A DNA stretch of 14,406 nt from Gemmatimonadota bacterium (GTDB taxonomy: Bacteria; Gemmatimonadota; Gemmatimonadetes; Gemmatimonadales; GWC2-71-9), in NCBI GenBank assembly GCA_036679645.1, contig JAZDCY010000096.1:1-14406 (forward strand), in the 5' to 3' direction. The position numbers and the translations under genes are program-made. Shown here one piece after another: positions 6,578 to 14,177 of this stretch. The notes below the pieces were generated by a model. It was not told the origin of the DNA and did not search any database. It was given only the letters and a program-made list of their open reading frames with translations. Each line of letters starts with the position of its first letter. The stretch's first letter is position 1.

Positions 6578-9387
6578 CTGCCGAGCGGCATCGTGAGTTC
6601 CAGACCGAAGCGCGCGCGGGGAAAAAAGCGACCCGCGTTGATCCCGGTGATGCGCCCTTGGCGGTCGAGCGCATTGAAGGCGTAGAACGAGAGCCGCCCA
6701 CCGAGCGGCAGCGTCTTGCTCACTTGTATGGAGAGGAACCAGTCGGCCGGAACGTCCTGTCGCGGCACGGTTGACCCGGTGCGGGGCACCCGCAGGTCGG
6801 CGAACTCGGGGTCGCCGCGCCGCTCACGGGGTAGGGGCACCAACTCACCTGTGCGCGTGATGTACCCGGCGAAACTGAGCGTATCCGTTCCGGCGCTGTC
6901 CTCGCGAATCTCGCGCACGACGTGCTCGATGACCGCGGTGATCACGAGGCCGAGGTCGGGCCGATGATGCACGAGCCGGTATGTGAGGAGCAGGCGTTCG
7001 CTCTTCTGATTGACACCGTCCCAATACGGCGAGCGCGGCCGACTGCCGTTTGTCTGGAAATCGCTGAACACGCGACCGAAATCGATGCCCCGGTCCGTGA
7101 ACGACGTGTGTACAAACGCGCCCTGCACGTGAAGTCGTAGCTTCAGGGGCTCAATCTCCGGGAGCTGGATGGTTGCCTCGACACCGCGGTTGTTCAGCGC
7201 GAACACGTTGTCCGGTACGTCGACCAGGATCGGAACCGTGTCCGCGCGAGTTGGTGGCTCGATCAATGTTGGCGGTAGCCCCGTTCCCGGAGTCGAGTCT
7301 GCAAAATCGAACAGATCCCGGACGAGGAACCCGGGGACGCGGCGGAATCCTACGCCGCCTGCGGTCCGATCGCGGAATACGACGGCATCGAACGTGAGGC
7401 CGCGCTGCCCGGTCGCGAGTCGAACGCCGGCCTCTCGTTTCTCACCGATGGCAAACCCCAGGTCAGGGTTGGTGGGATCCCTAATGAACGTGCTCAGCAC
7501 CGCCAACCGCTCGGCGGGGTCGGTCGTGAACCAGTTCACGTTGACGACGTCGAAGTACTGCGGGGCCGGGTACATACTGCCGACCGCCGGTGTCTTGCTC
7601 GTTCGCCCAATCCCGGCCCTCAGCTGCACCCAGGGCTGCGGCGCGAACTCGATATTCACCCGTGGCTGTAGGACGGCGTCTCGGATCCCGGACAACCAGG
7701 TGGTTCCGCGGTGGAGAAGGTCGAGCCGGACACCGGCCTGAGCCGTCAGCGTCATTCCACCGACGCCTCGGACCATGCGGTCGTCGAGATACAGCGCGGT
7801 GGTCGCGACCGGCGGAATCGCGTCGAAACGCCTGGGGCGGTCGAAGCCCTGGACGCCGTTGAACGTCACCTGTGAAGGCCGCTCGATGTCGAACATGAAC
7901 CCAGCACCGTCGTTCCACTCGCGGCGCAGCTCGACGCCCGTGAAGACGCGGTGATCGAAGGACAGGGCGTGGGGCAGCAGCTCCGCTTCCATCCGCGAAT
8001 AGAGCTGCCACGCGTCGCCCTCGATGCTGACCACTGAGAGATAGGGGCCGACGACAAACCGACCGACGGCTCGCCCTTCGGTTAGCCGGTCAGTGAACGG
8101 GAGGGCGCTGCGCAGCCGACTCGCCTGCGTTCGCGACCGTTGCCGCGTGTAGCCCGCGGACGCGCTGAGCCGGAACGTCGAGTGCGAGCCGAGCGGTATC
8201 CGAAGCCGTTCGGAGATACGCATTCCCAACTCGCGGGAAGAGGAGGCGCGCCCGGGGAACAGCTCTGGTTGCTCGGGATTGTCGGATGCGACCCGGTAGA
8301 TATCGAGACGCGAGTCCAGCTCCGCCCGGAGCGAACCCGCGTCCCCCGCGGGACCAAGCGGGAGACGATGAGCGAGTTGGGCGGCGAATCGCGTGGCGTC
8401 GTCGTCGGTGAGGCCGGGTTGAAGCAGTGTGTGCGCGATGTCGAATGTGCCCGTGAGAGCGTGAGCCTCTGATAACGCGCGCCCGCCGACCAGGCTTCCC
8501 TCGACACCGCGGGCGTCCGCGCTGCCCGCGACGTCGGGCCGCGCGGCGGCGGCACGCGTATCCACAACGATCACACCCTGAGTCAGGTCCCCGTACCGGG
8601 CGGACGGGACGCCGCGGATCACCTCGACGCGTTCGATGGTCGCGGCGGGAATACGCCGCAGGTCAACGCCTCCACCAGCCGCACTCTCGAGTGGCACGTC
8701 CACCTCGCCGCGCGGGCCGGTACTCTGGAGGTTCGCGTTGTTGGACAACGGAATACCGTCCAGTACGATCAGCGTACCGAACGATGCGAGATCTGCGGCC
8801 GACGGTCCCCCTCGTGTCAGGGATGCTCGTGGGTTGCTCGGTATGCTGCGCAGGGCGATCTGCTCAACGCCTTGCAATCCCGGCGCTCGCATCGGTACTC
8901 CAGGAACGAGTTCGAGCACGCCCATGAGACTGGTGGCGACCTGATTGGCGATTGCGTCGCGGTCTATCACGCTCGCCGTGCCCAGCTCACCTCGGGCGCG
9001 GGCACCGGGCGCTGCGGTGACGACGATGTCAGTAAGGTGCAGCGCCGATTCGGCGAGGAGGAGGTCTTGGTTGACCGTCTCACCGGGCCTCACGGTAATC
9101 GTGGTGCGGGACGGGGCGAGACCGATGCGCCGGGCCAGGATGACATAGCGGCCGGGCAGCACGTCCCGGAGGAGAAAGACGCCAGCCGAGTCGGTGAGTG
9201 CCCGCAGCGGTGTTCCTTCCAGTGTGACCAACGCACCGGCAACTGGGACACCGCTACCGGCGAGCGCAACCTTGCCGGTGACAACTCCCCTTCCGGCGCG
9301 TTGCTGCGCACGCGCGGGTGCCGCGAGGTTGAAGAAAAGTACCGCCAGTAGAACGCCAAGTGCTGGCCGCCCAACCGGTCGGGTCAC
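6574..9387 (-). CDS. TonB-dependent receptor with N-terminal carboxypeptidase-regulatory-like domain and plug
   Basis: Signal peptide; VTGKV...GALVTLEGT...TDSAGVF domain; plug motif IPAATIERVEVIRGVPSARYGDLTQGVIVVDT; C-terminal barrel strands; 937 aa. Confidence 0.93.
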   Translation of the reverse strand: MTRPVGRPALGVLLAVLFFNLAAPARAQQRAGRGVVTGKVALAGSGVPVAGALVTLEGTPLRALTDSAGVFLLRDVLPGRYVILARRIGLAPSRTTITVRPGETVNQDLLLAESALHLTDIVVTAAPGARARGELGTASVIDRDAIANQVATSLMGVLELVPGVPMRAPGLQGVEQIALRSIPSNPRASLTRGGPSAADLASFGTLIVLDGIPLSNNANLQSTGPRGEVDVPLESAAGGGVDLRRIPAATIERVEVIRGVPSARYGDLTQGVIVVDTRAAAARPDVAGSADARGVEGSLVGGRALSEAHALTGTFDIAHTLLQPGLTDDDATRFAAQLAHRLPLGPAGDAGSLRAELDSRLDIYRVASDNPEQPELFPGRASSSRELGMRISERLRIPLGSHSTFRLSASAGYTRQRSRTQASRLRSALPFTDRLTEGRAVGRFVVGPYLSVVSIEGDAWQLYSRMEAELLPHALSFDHRVFTGVELRREWNDGAGFMFDIERPSQVTFNGVQGFDRPRRFDAIPPVATTALYLDDRMVRGVGGMTLTAQAGVRLDLLHRGTTWLSGIRDAVLQPRVNIEFAPQPWVQLRAGIGRTSKTPAVGSMYPAPQYFDVVNVNWFTTDPAERLAVLSTFIRDPTNPDLGFAIGEKREAGVRLATGQRGLTFDAVVFRDRTAGGVGFRRVPGFLVRDLFDFADSTPGTGLPPTLIEPPTRADTVPILVDVPDNVFALNNRGVEATIQLPEIEPLKLRLHVQGAFVHTSFTDRGIDFGRVFSDFQTNGSRPRSPYWDGVNQKSERLLLTYRLVHHRPDLGLVITAVIEHVVREIREDSAGTDTLSFAGYITRTGELVPLPRERRGDPEFADLRVPRTGSTVPRQDVPADWFLSIQVSKTLPLGGRLSFYAFNALDRQGRITGINAGRFFPRARFGLELTMPLGR

Positions 9388-10724
9388 GGGATGCGGCCGG
9401 GCGTCGTGCGGGAGCGTGCGAAGTCGAGCGCCGAGGTCTTTGTCCGCTGGAGCAGAGCGCGTCCGTCAAATAGGCCGAGTGACTTCCGGGCAATGGCATG
9501 AAATCCCTGCCCGCCATTAAACCGGCCGGGCCGGGCGTCGAACACCGCGTTGATGAGATGTTCGCAGAATCGGTCGCCGCCAAGTGGTGCAGTCTCCGAT
9601 GCCGTTGCTATCGATGCGTAGACATCCAGAATGCGCTCGCGGGGAATTCGCGGCCACTGGAGGTCGATGCTCGCCCCGGTTACGGGCCGCATCCAAGGTA
9701 CCGTGGACAGGTCCACGGTATCGGCAACGAAGTAGATGTTGCTCAGCTGGTTGATGAACAGGATCCCGCGACCAAAGAGATCAAACTCCACCACGATGAG
9801 GGTGGCGTTCGGTACCGAGGGGTTGTCCACGTCAGTCGCTCCGACCGTCTCGAACGTCGCCGCGCTGAGGTTCGGCAGTCGCCGGTCGACGGCGGAATGG
9901 TCGATACCATCCGTCGCAATGACCGCCGCCCGGCCGGGCGCGAGCGAGTATTGTCTGCCGCTGCCGGGTAAGCGCATCAACATCGGCGACCAGAGCCCAT
10001 CGGGATCGTTTTGCCACTGTTGCGTCACCGAGCACGGGGCAAACGGGGCCGGAAACTCCCACCCCCAGATCGGTCCCCATCCTACGAGCTTGCCGTCCAG
10101 GTAGATCGTCGTGTCGCTGTTGTTGTACAGCTCCAGATACGTCGCGTTGACGTAGACGTTGTCGCCAGCGATCAGCGGATCCTGGTCGAACACCTCGCTG
10201 ATCACCAGGCTACCCCGACGACCCACGACCGTCGAGAGCGTCACGGACGTCTGTGGTGGCTCGAGGCGAACGGAGCCGCTGGCCGTGAAGCCGCTCACGT
10301 CCTGCAGTTCTCGCCGCAGCAGCGCACGCTCGTCGCGTGTGAAGAGGCGCACGACCGAGACATCGTAGGTCCCGGTCAATAGGCCGGTCAGTGCGGTCTG
10401 TCCGTTCGTATCGGTTGTAGCGGTCACCACGGTCGCCGACGGCCGGTGTCGCGCCTCAACCTCAGCACCGGCGAGGGTCGAGGAGGCTAGTCCCAAATCC
10501 GAGACAATCGCGTCGGCCCCCGGGAACGAGAGATTGATCGTGGCCGTGACAACGAGCGTCGCTCGCTGGACGGTGGTGCTATCCGTCCCAGAGGAGTCAC
10601 TGTCGGTTTCGGGAGGTGGTGGGGACACCAACTGCACGTCTGACTTGCACGAAGCAAGAGCTAGCAACACGATTGCCACGTGGGCCGTCGTCACGCGGAT
10701 AGAAGTACATTGTGTCGTGTGCAA
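9384..10724 (-). CDS. DUF4876-like surface lipoprotein
   Basis: Lipobox LASC; motif LVISEVF...YLELYNNSDTTIYLDG...PGRAAVIATDGIDH...DVDNPSVPN...TKTSALDF. TTG start has an AGGGG RBS 8 nt upstream. Stop overlaps the TBDR start (GTGA). Confidence 0.78.
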   Translation of the reverse strand: MHTTQCTSIRVTTAHVAIVLLALASCKSDVQLVSPPPPETDSDSSGTDSTTVQRATLVVTATINLSFPGADAIVSDLGLASSTLAGAEVEARHRPSATVVTATTDTNGQTALTGLLTGTYDVSVVRLFTRDERALLRRELQDVSGFTASGSVRLEPPQTSVTLSTVVGRRGSLVISEVFDQDPLIAGDNVYVNATYLELYNNSDTTIYLDGKLVGWGPIWGWEFPAPFAPCSVTQQWQNDPDGLWSPMLMRLPGSGRQYSLAPGRAAVIATDGIDHSAVDRRLPNLSAATFETVGATDVDNPSVPNATLIVVEFDLFGRGILFINQLSNIYFVADTVDLSTVPWMRPVTGASIDLQWPRIPRERILDVYASIATASETAPLGGDRFCEHLINAVFDARPGRFNGGQGFHAIARKSLGLFDGRALLQRTKTSALDFARSRTTPGRIP

Positions 10725-10750
10725 GAAAACTGCCCCTACGGTCGCGTTAT

Positions 10751-10790
10751 CTATTCCAAAACTAGAGATCGTCTATAGTATAAGCAATAG
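10751..10790 (-). promoter_or_regulatory. Sigma70-type promoter of the TBDR operon with an overlapping imperfect palindrome
   Basis: AT-rich island. Minus strand TTGCTT (10787-10782), 17 nt spacer, TAGTTT (10764-10759). Dyad ACTAGAGA-tcg-TCTATAGT (10761-10779), one mismatch. Confidence 0.6.
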
Positions 10791-10890
10791 CAGGGAGCCA
10801 GGATCACGTTCGTTCTTCGCACCGTGGTCACTGTCATTACTTGTCTGCCTGCAGAGAGGGGGCGAGTAACCGCCATCGCATGTACCCTTC

Positions 10891-10927
10891 GTGACGGGCG
10901 GAGACCTAGGCCCGGCCCGCCCGCCAC
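10891..10927 (-). terminator. GC-rich hairpin after the peptide gene; no U-tract, so either a non-canonical terminator or an mRNA stabiliser
   Basis: Minus-strand RNA GUGGCGGGCGG ... CCGCCCGUCAC forms an 11-bp stem with one G-U pair, 16 nt after the stop. Confidence 0.45.
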
Positions 10928-10943
10928 ACAGGTACCTGCTTGG

Positions 10944-11156
10944 TTAGCAGATGCAGGGCACGCCCACCGGGGCCGGGCAGAACCCAGGACCGCCGCAGCA
11001 ATTGAGGCACTCGAACGTGAACCCAAATCCTTCGCAGCTGTCACACGACGACGCGGCGTTCGAGGATGAGGCGGCCTGCACGGTACCTACGCCGAGAACG
11101 GAGATGGCCGCAGCCACGATCAGGGCTGCAAGCATCCGGCCTATCCGCTTGGACAT
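10944..11156 (-). CDS. Secreted 8-Cys defensin-like peptide precursor (70 aa)
   Basis: Very strong RBS AAGGAGGT. Sec signal ending VQA|A. Mature region SSCDSCEGFGFTFECLNCCGGPGFCPAPVGVPCIC. Confidence 0.8.
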   Translation of the reverse strand: MSKRIGRMLAALIVAAAISVLGVGTVQAASSSNAASSCDSCEGFGFTFECLNCCGGPGFCPAPVGVPCIC

Positions 11157-11171
11157 GATGACCTCCTTGGG

Positions 11172-11795
11172 TCAGGAACGGTTACGAGGTGCAAACGGCT
11201 CTTGTGGATCACCAGAGTTGCCATCGAGAACGGCTCGCAGGGAATCGACCGCCGCCGAGTCCGAGAGTTCCCCAGCCCGACCGTAGACCACCTCTCCTTT
11301 CTCACCGATAACCACGGTTATGGGCGTGCCCAAGGCTCGGTATATGCCAGCCATTCTAGCGTCTGGAAAGCGAACTATTGGAAATCCAATATCATGATCA
11401 TCAACGTACCGCCGCGTGCTGTCTGCGACGGAGTCGAGTGAGATACCGACCACTGACACTCGCGAGCTACCGGACTGCTGCATCTGACGAGCGATAGACT
11501 TCCATGTGGGTAACGTCCTGAGGCAGTACGGACATTTGGAGGTGAGAACGAACAGCAGCTGCAGATCACCCGGAGCGACGTCACCGACCGTAATTGAATC
11601 GCCATCGAGGGTAGCGGCGCTGAACGCGGGAACAACACTACCTGCCTGAAGAGCCTTGCTCTCCGCCCGAAGGTGCCGGACTTCCTGAGAGAGGTCACGG
11701 TTCTGGCGGGTGAGCGTGAGGACGACAACCGACAAGGCCGCAAGTGTCCCGTACGCAACCAGCCGGAGCCCTCGGTCCCATTCGAACTTGATCAT
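11172..11795 (-). CDS. Membrane-anchored TlpA/ResA-like thiol-disulfide oxidoreductase (Redoxin/AhpC-TSA fold)
   Basis: N-terminal TM helix; VPAFSAATLDGDSI; LLFVLTSKCPYC (CxxC); VVGISLD; cis-Pro loop YRALGTPITVVI. RBS AGGAG. Confidence 0.87.
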   Translation of the reverse strand: MIKFEWDRGLRLVAYGTLAALSVVVLTLTRQNRDLSQEVRHLRAESKALQAGSVVPAFSAATLDGDSITVGDVAPGDLQLLFVLTSKCPYCLRTLPTWKSIARQMQQSGSSRVSVVGISLDSVADSTRRYVDDHDIGFPIVRFPDARMAGIYRALGTPITVVIGEKGEVVYGRAGELSDSAAVDSLRAVLDGNSGDPQEPFAPRNRS

Positions 11796-11884
11796 GACTG
11801 AGCAACTCCTACCCCTAGCCGGGTCGTGGCTCCCGGGCCAGATCGAGCATTCGGCTACGTGACCAATACGGAGCCCGTTAGTCT

Positions 11885-11943
11885 TGGATACAATGACCAG
11901 TGGCGATGACCTCTTGCGCGGGGGGGGGGGGCTTCCACTTTAG
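11885..11943 (+). promoter_or_regulatory. Conserved leader element, copy 2: ATGAC-N8-ATGAC, G12 tract (11920-11931), candidate uORF 11893-11943 MTSGDDLLRGGGGLPL
   Basis: TGGAtAcAATGACcagtGGCGATGACCTCTTGCGC(G)12; also contains a -10-like TACAAT at 11889-11894. Confidence 0.65.
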
Positions 11944-11966
11944 CTGAGTTGTACGAAGGACGTTTC

Positions 11967-12449
11967 ATGATCGTAGTGCCGAAGCTCGTGGTGAGCCTGC
12001 TGGGCGAAGTCGCTGTTTCCGATCCCCGAGTGGTGCATGTTGTTCACACGCTCGCCGCCCGAAGAGGACTCCTACGGAATGCCGACGAGTTTGCTCGGGA
12101 ACTGGGCTTCGGTTCGCGACACCAACTCCACCGGTTCCTCAAGCGCCACCGGATGCTGCCAATCAGCCAACTTGCCGCGTGGACGCGAGTGCTTACGCTC
12201 GCCGTCGAGATGAACGAAAGCGGAATGAGCCTGGAAGACATCGCGTGGCGGGATGGTGTCGATCCTTCGGTGGAGCATCGCAGGGCTCACCGGATTCTGG
12301 GCGTGTCGCTGCGCACCGCACTGCAAGATGGTGTCGAAGGCGTCATGGTCCGGATGTGGCAGGATTGGGCGCGGCACCTGGCACCGGATCGTGATCGTGT
12401 GGCGGCGCGGAGAGCAATCTCGCGGATACTTCGGGACGCAAGCGCGTAG
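11967..12449 (+). CDS. Stand-alone AraC/XylS-type double-HTH transcriptional regulator, copy 2
   Basis: ATG 11967 lies 6 nt after AAGGA. About 80% identical to 4529-5008. Confidence 0.75.
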   Translation: MIVVPKLVVSLLGEVAVSDPRVVHVVHTLAARRGLLRNADEFARELGFGSRHQLHRFLKRHRMLPISQLAAWTRVLTLAVEMNESGMSLEDIAWRDGVDPSVEHRRAHRILGVSLRTALQDGVEGVMVRMWQDWARHLAPDRDRVAARRAISRILRDASA

Positions 12450-12473
12450 GGTCCCGTTTCGTGTAACGGTCCA

Positions 12474-12504
12474 CCGCCGTCGACCGCAAGATGACGACCG
12501 GCGG
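12474..12504 (+). terminator. Possible hairpin downstream of regulator copy 2
   Basis: CCGCCGTCG ... CGACCGGCGG imperfect inverted repeat; weak U-tract. Confidence 0.3.
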
Positions 12505-12715
12505 AGCTTCCCGCGTATCCACCCCCCACCTGCTGGGTTACGCATGATGTCAGCGCCGAATCTTTGTCGTCGCGTCGCTCGGTCAAGCCGTGGCTTCCAA
12601 TCGACGCGTGCAGCGTGCGATGGGTGAAGGTGCTCGGGGAGCGAGGGAGATGAACGTGCTCGAGTTCGGGTCGCTCAGCGGTCGCGCAACGAAGTGAGAA
12701 GGCGCCCGAAGACGA

Positions 12716-13522
12716 CTACGCCCCGCGATCCGCAAGCTGCGGCAGCACGCCGCCGGGGCTTCCGAAATGGGTGACCAGCCCCTGACTTTCCAGGTCAGCA
12801 TCCGATCGAGGGATGGTAAAGCGCTGCTCGGCGGGAGCGAAGTAGAGGCAGCCCAGTTCGTCGGGCGGCCGTGTTCGCACAAACCGGTCGGCGGCTTCGA
12901 GAGCCTGGAGCCACGTCTGCTTGGCGCCCGTCGCGTCGAACGGTTTTGTGAGTTGCAGGCGCGCGATGTCCTCTGGCTGGTGTTTCCCGCGACGCCGCAG
13001 CAGTTCCAGGAGTGAGAGCGGGGTGAAGCCCGGGTCTTTCCCCACGGCGGCCCAGACGAGTCCCGCGAGAGGAAGCACGCTCGCGTGAACGAAAAGCGTG
13101 TCGACATAGTCTCGTGGCTCGTCTCTGCCCGCGAGCGCGAGGACCTTGTTGGCCGCGAGATCGACCGGGTGCAGCAGGAGTCCGCCGAGCGGATCGCGTT
13201 GGAGCGGCATGAAGCGCCATGCAGAGTCGTGCGCCCAGTCGATCCGCGTGGCGTCCGCGCCACGACGCACGATGGCACGCACGAACCCGGGCTGGCTCAG
13301 GGTCACGTCAACGTCATAGCCCGCTCGTTCGAGTTGCGCGCGGTCCGCATCGAACGTAGAGGCCACCCGTTCGACCGAATCATGAAAGAAATCCAGGTCG
13401 TCACTATGACGGATGGAATTGGCGGCGAAATGCAGTGCCGCTCCGCCGGCGAGATAGCGGTCGTCCGTCCGCGAGTGCGCGAGTTCGGCGAGAATCTGCC
13501 GCTGGAACTCGGTTAACGGCAC
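12716..13522 (-). CDS. AbiEii/AbiGii-family nucleotidyltransferase (type IV TA toxin-like)
   Basis: Likely start is GTG 13522 (VPLTEFQRQIL). YLAGGAAL...RHSDDLDFF NTase motif; DLAANKVLALAGRDEPRDYVD (K...R...RD.YD-like motif). Confidence 0.85.
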   Translation of the reverse strand: MPLTEFQRQILAELAHSRTDDRYLAGGAALHFAANSIRHSDDLDFFHDSVERVASTFDADRAQLERAGYDVDVTLSQPGFVRAIVRRGADATRIDWAHDSAWRFMPLQRDPLGGLLLHPVDLAANKVLALAGRDEPRDYVDTLFVHASVLPLAGLVWAAVGKDPGFTPLSLLELLRRRGKHQPEDIARLQLTKPFDATGAKQTWLQALEAADRFVRTRPPDELGCLYFAPAEQRFTIPRSDADLESQGLVTHFGSPGGVLPQLADRGA

Positions 13523-13698
13523 AGGCGACTCGCCACCTGCCACGCTTGGCGATTGCCGTGCCGCATTAGCTGGTCCGCCACCCACTGGACGTCGGCGATG
13601 CCGATCTCGAGGTCGGGCCGGTACGACCAGAAGCAGCTTGCCCGGAAGCGTCGGAACGCGCGCCGCGCCTCGCGCACCTTTACCATTCGCCGCGCCAC
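13513..13698 (-). CDS. Small partner protein of the nucleotidyltransferase (putative antitoxin, DUF6922-like)
   Basis: 57-61 aa, CFWSYRPD...VADQLMRHGNRQAW. Stop overlaps the NTase start by 10 nt. Confidence 0.65.
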   Translation of the reverse strand: MARRMVKVREARRAFRRFRASCFWSYRPDLEIGIADVQWVADQLMRHGNRQAWQVASRLCR

Positions 13699-13738
13699 GG
13701 CCTCAAGCCCGACGCATACTATCTGCCCCCTACTAGCG

Positions 13739-14176
13739 TCAGCTCAGCAGCAACACGACGGCTGCAACGTCGACATTGGTCGGCACGACATTTCCAATCC
13801 CCCGGTCGAACGTCGCAAGCCGCCCTTCATGGCGCAGGGCGAGGGCGACAAGGTGCGCATCGGTCACTTGGCCGTGGCCGACTATGCGCTCCGGCGCGAT
13901 GAACGTCGACCGGCAGATGGAGACGTCATCGGCCCAAGAGCGATGCCCGTCCAAGGCGGTGATCGCGCGAAGCACGGCGATGGCCTCCGCCGGCCGCTTC
14001 GCCTCCGGAATGACGCGCGTGTTGGACGAGATCCGCACGAAACCGCTCTCGGTGACGGGGCACGTTGCCCATCCGTCGGCACGATGCACCGTGAACCACT
14101 CGACCGCCGCCGTGTGGTGCACATGATTGGGCCACGCGAGCGCAATCAGCACGTTCACATCGAGCAGGACCGTCAT
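13739..14176 (-). CDS. vapC: VapC family PIN-domain ribonuclease toxin
   Basis: ATG 14176: MTVLLDVNVLIAL...HVHH...TCPVTESGFVRI...QVTDAHLVALA...LATFDRG, the mycobacterial-type PIN signature. Starts 1 nt after the vapB stop. Confidence 0.93.
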   Translation of the reverse strand: MTVLLDVNVLIALAWPNHVHHTAAVEWFTVHRADGWATCPVTESGFVRISSNTRVIPEAKRPAEAIAVLRAITALDGHRSWADDVSICRSTFIAPERIVGHGQVTDAHLVALALRHEGRLATFDRGIGNVVPTNVDVAAVVLLLS

Positions 14177-14177
14177 T

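Noticed and set aside
10944..11156. Ranthipeptide, sactipeptide, lanthipeptide or cytochrome c interpretation of the Cys-rich peptides
   Set aside because: Sec signal peptides, no modifying enzymes in the window, and no CxxCH motif.
12583..13278. 231-aa minus-strand ORF, and similar Arg/Ser/Pro-rich ORFs across the window
   Set aside because: Alternative frames of well-supported genes, with composition typical of GC-rich off-frame translation.
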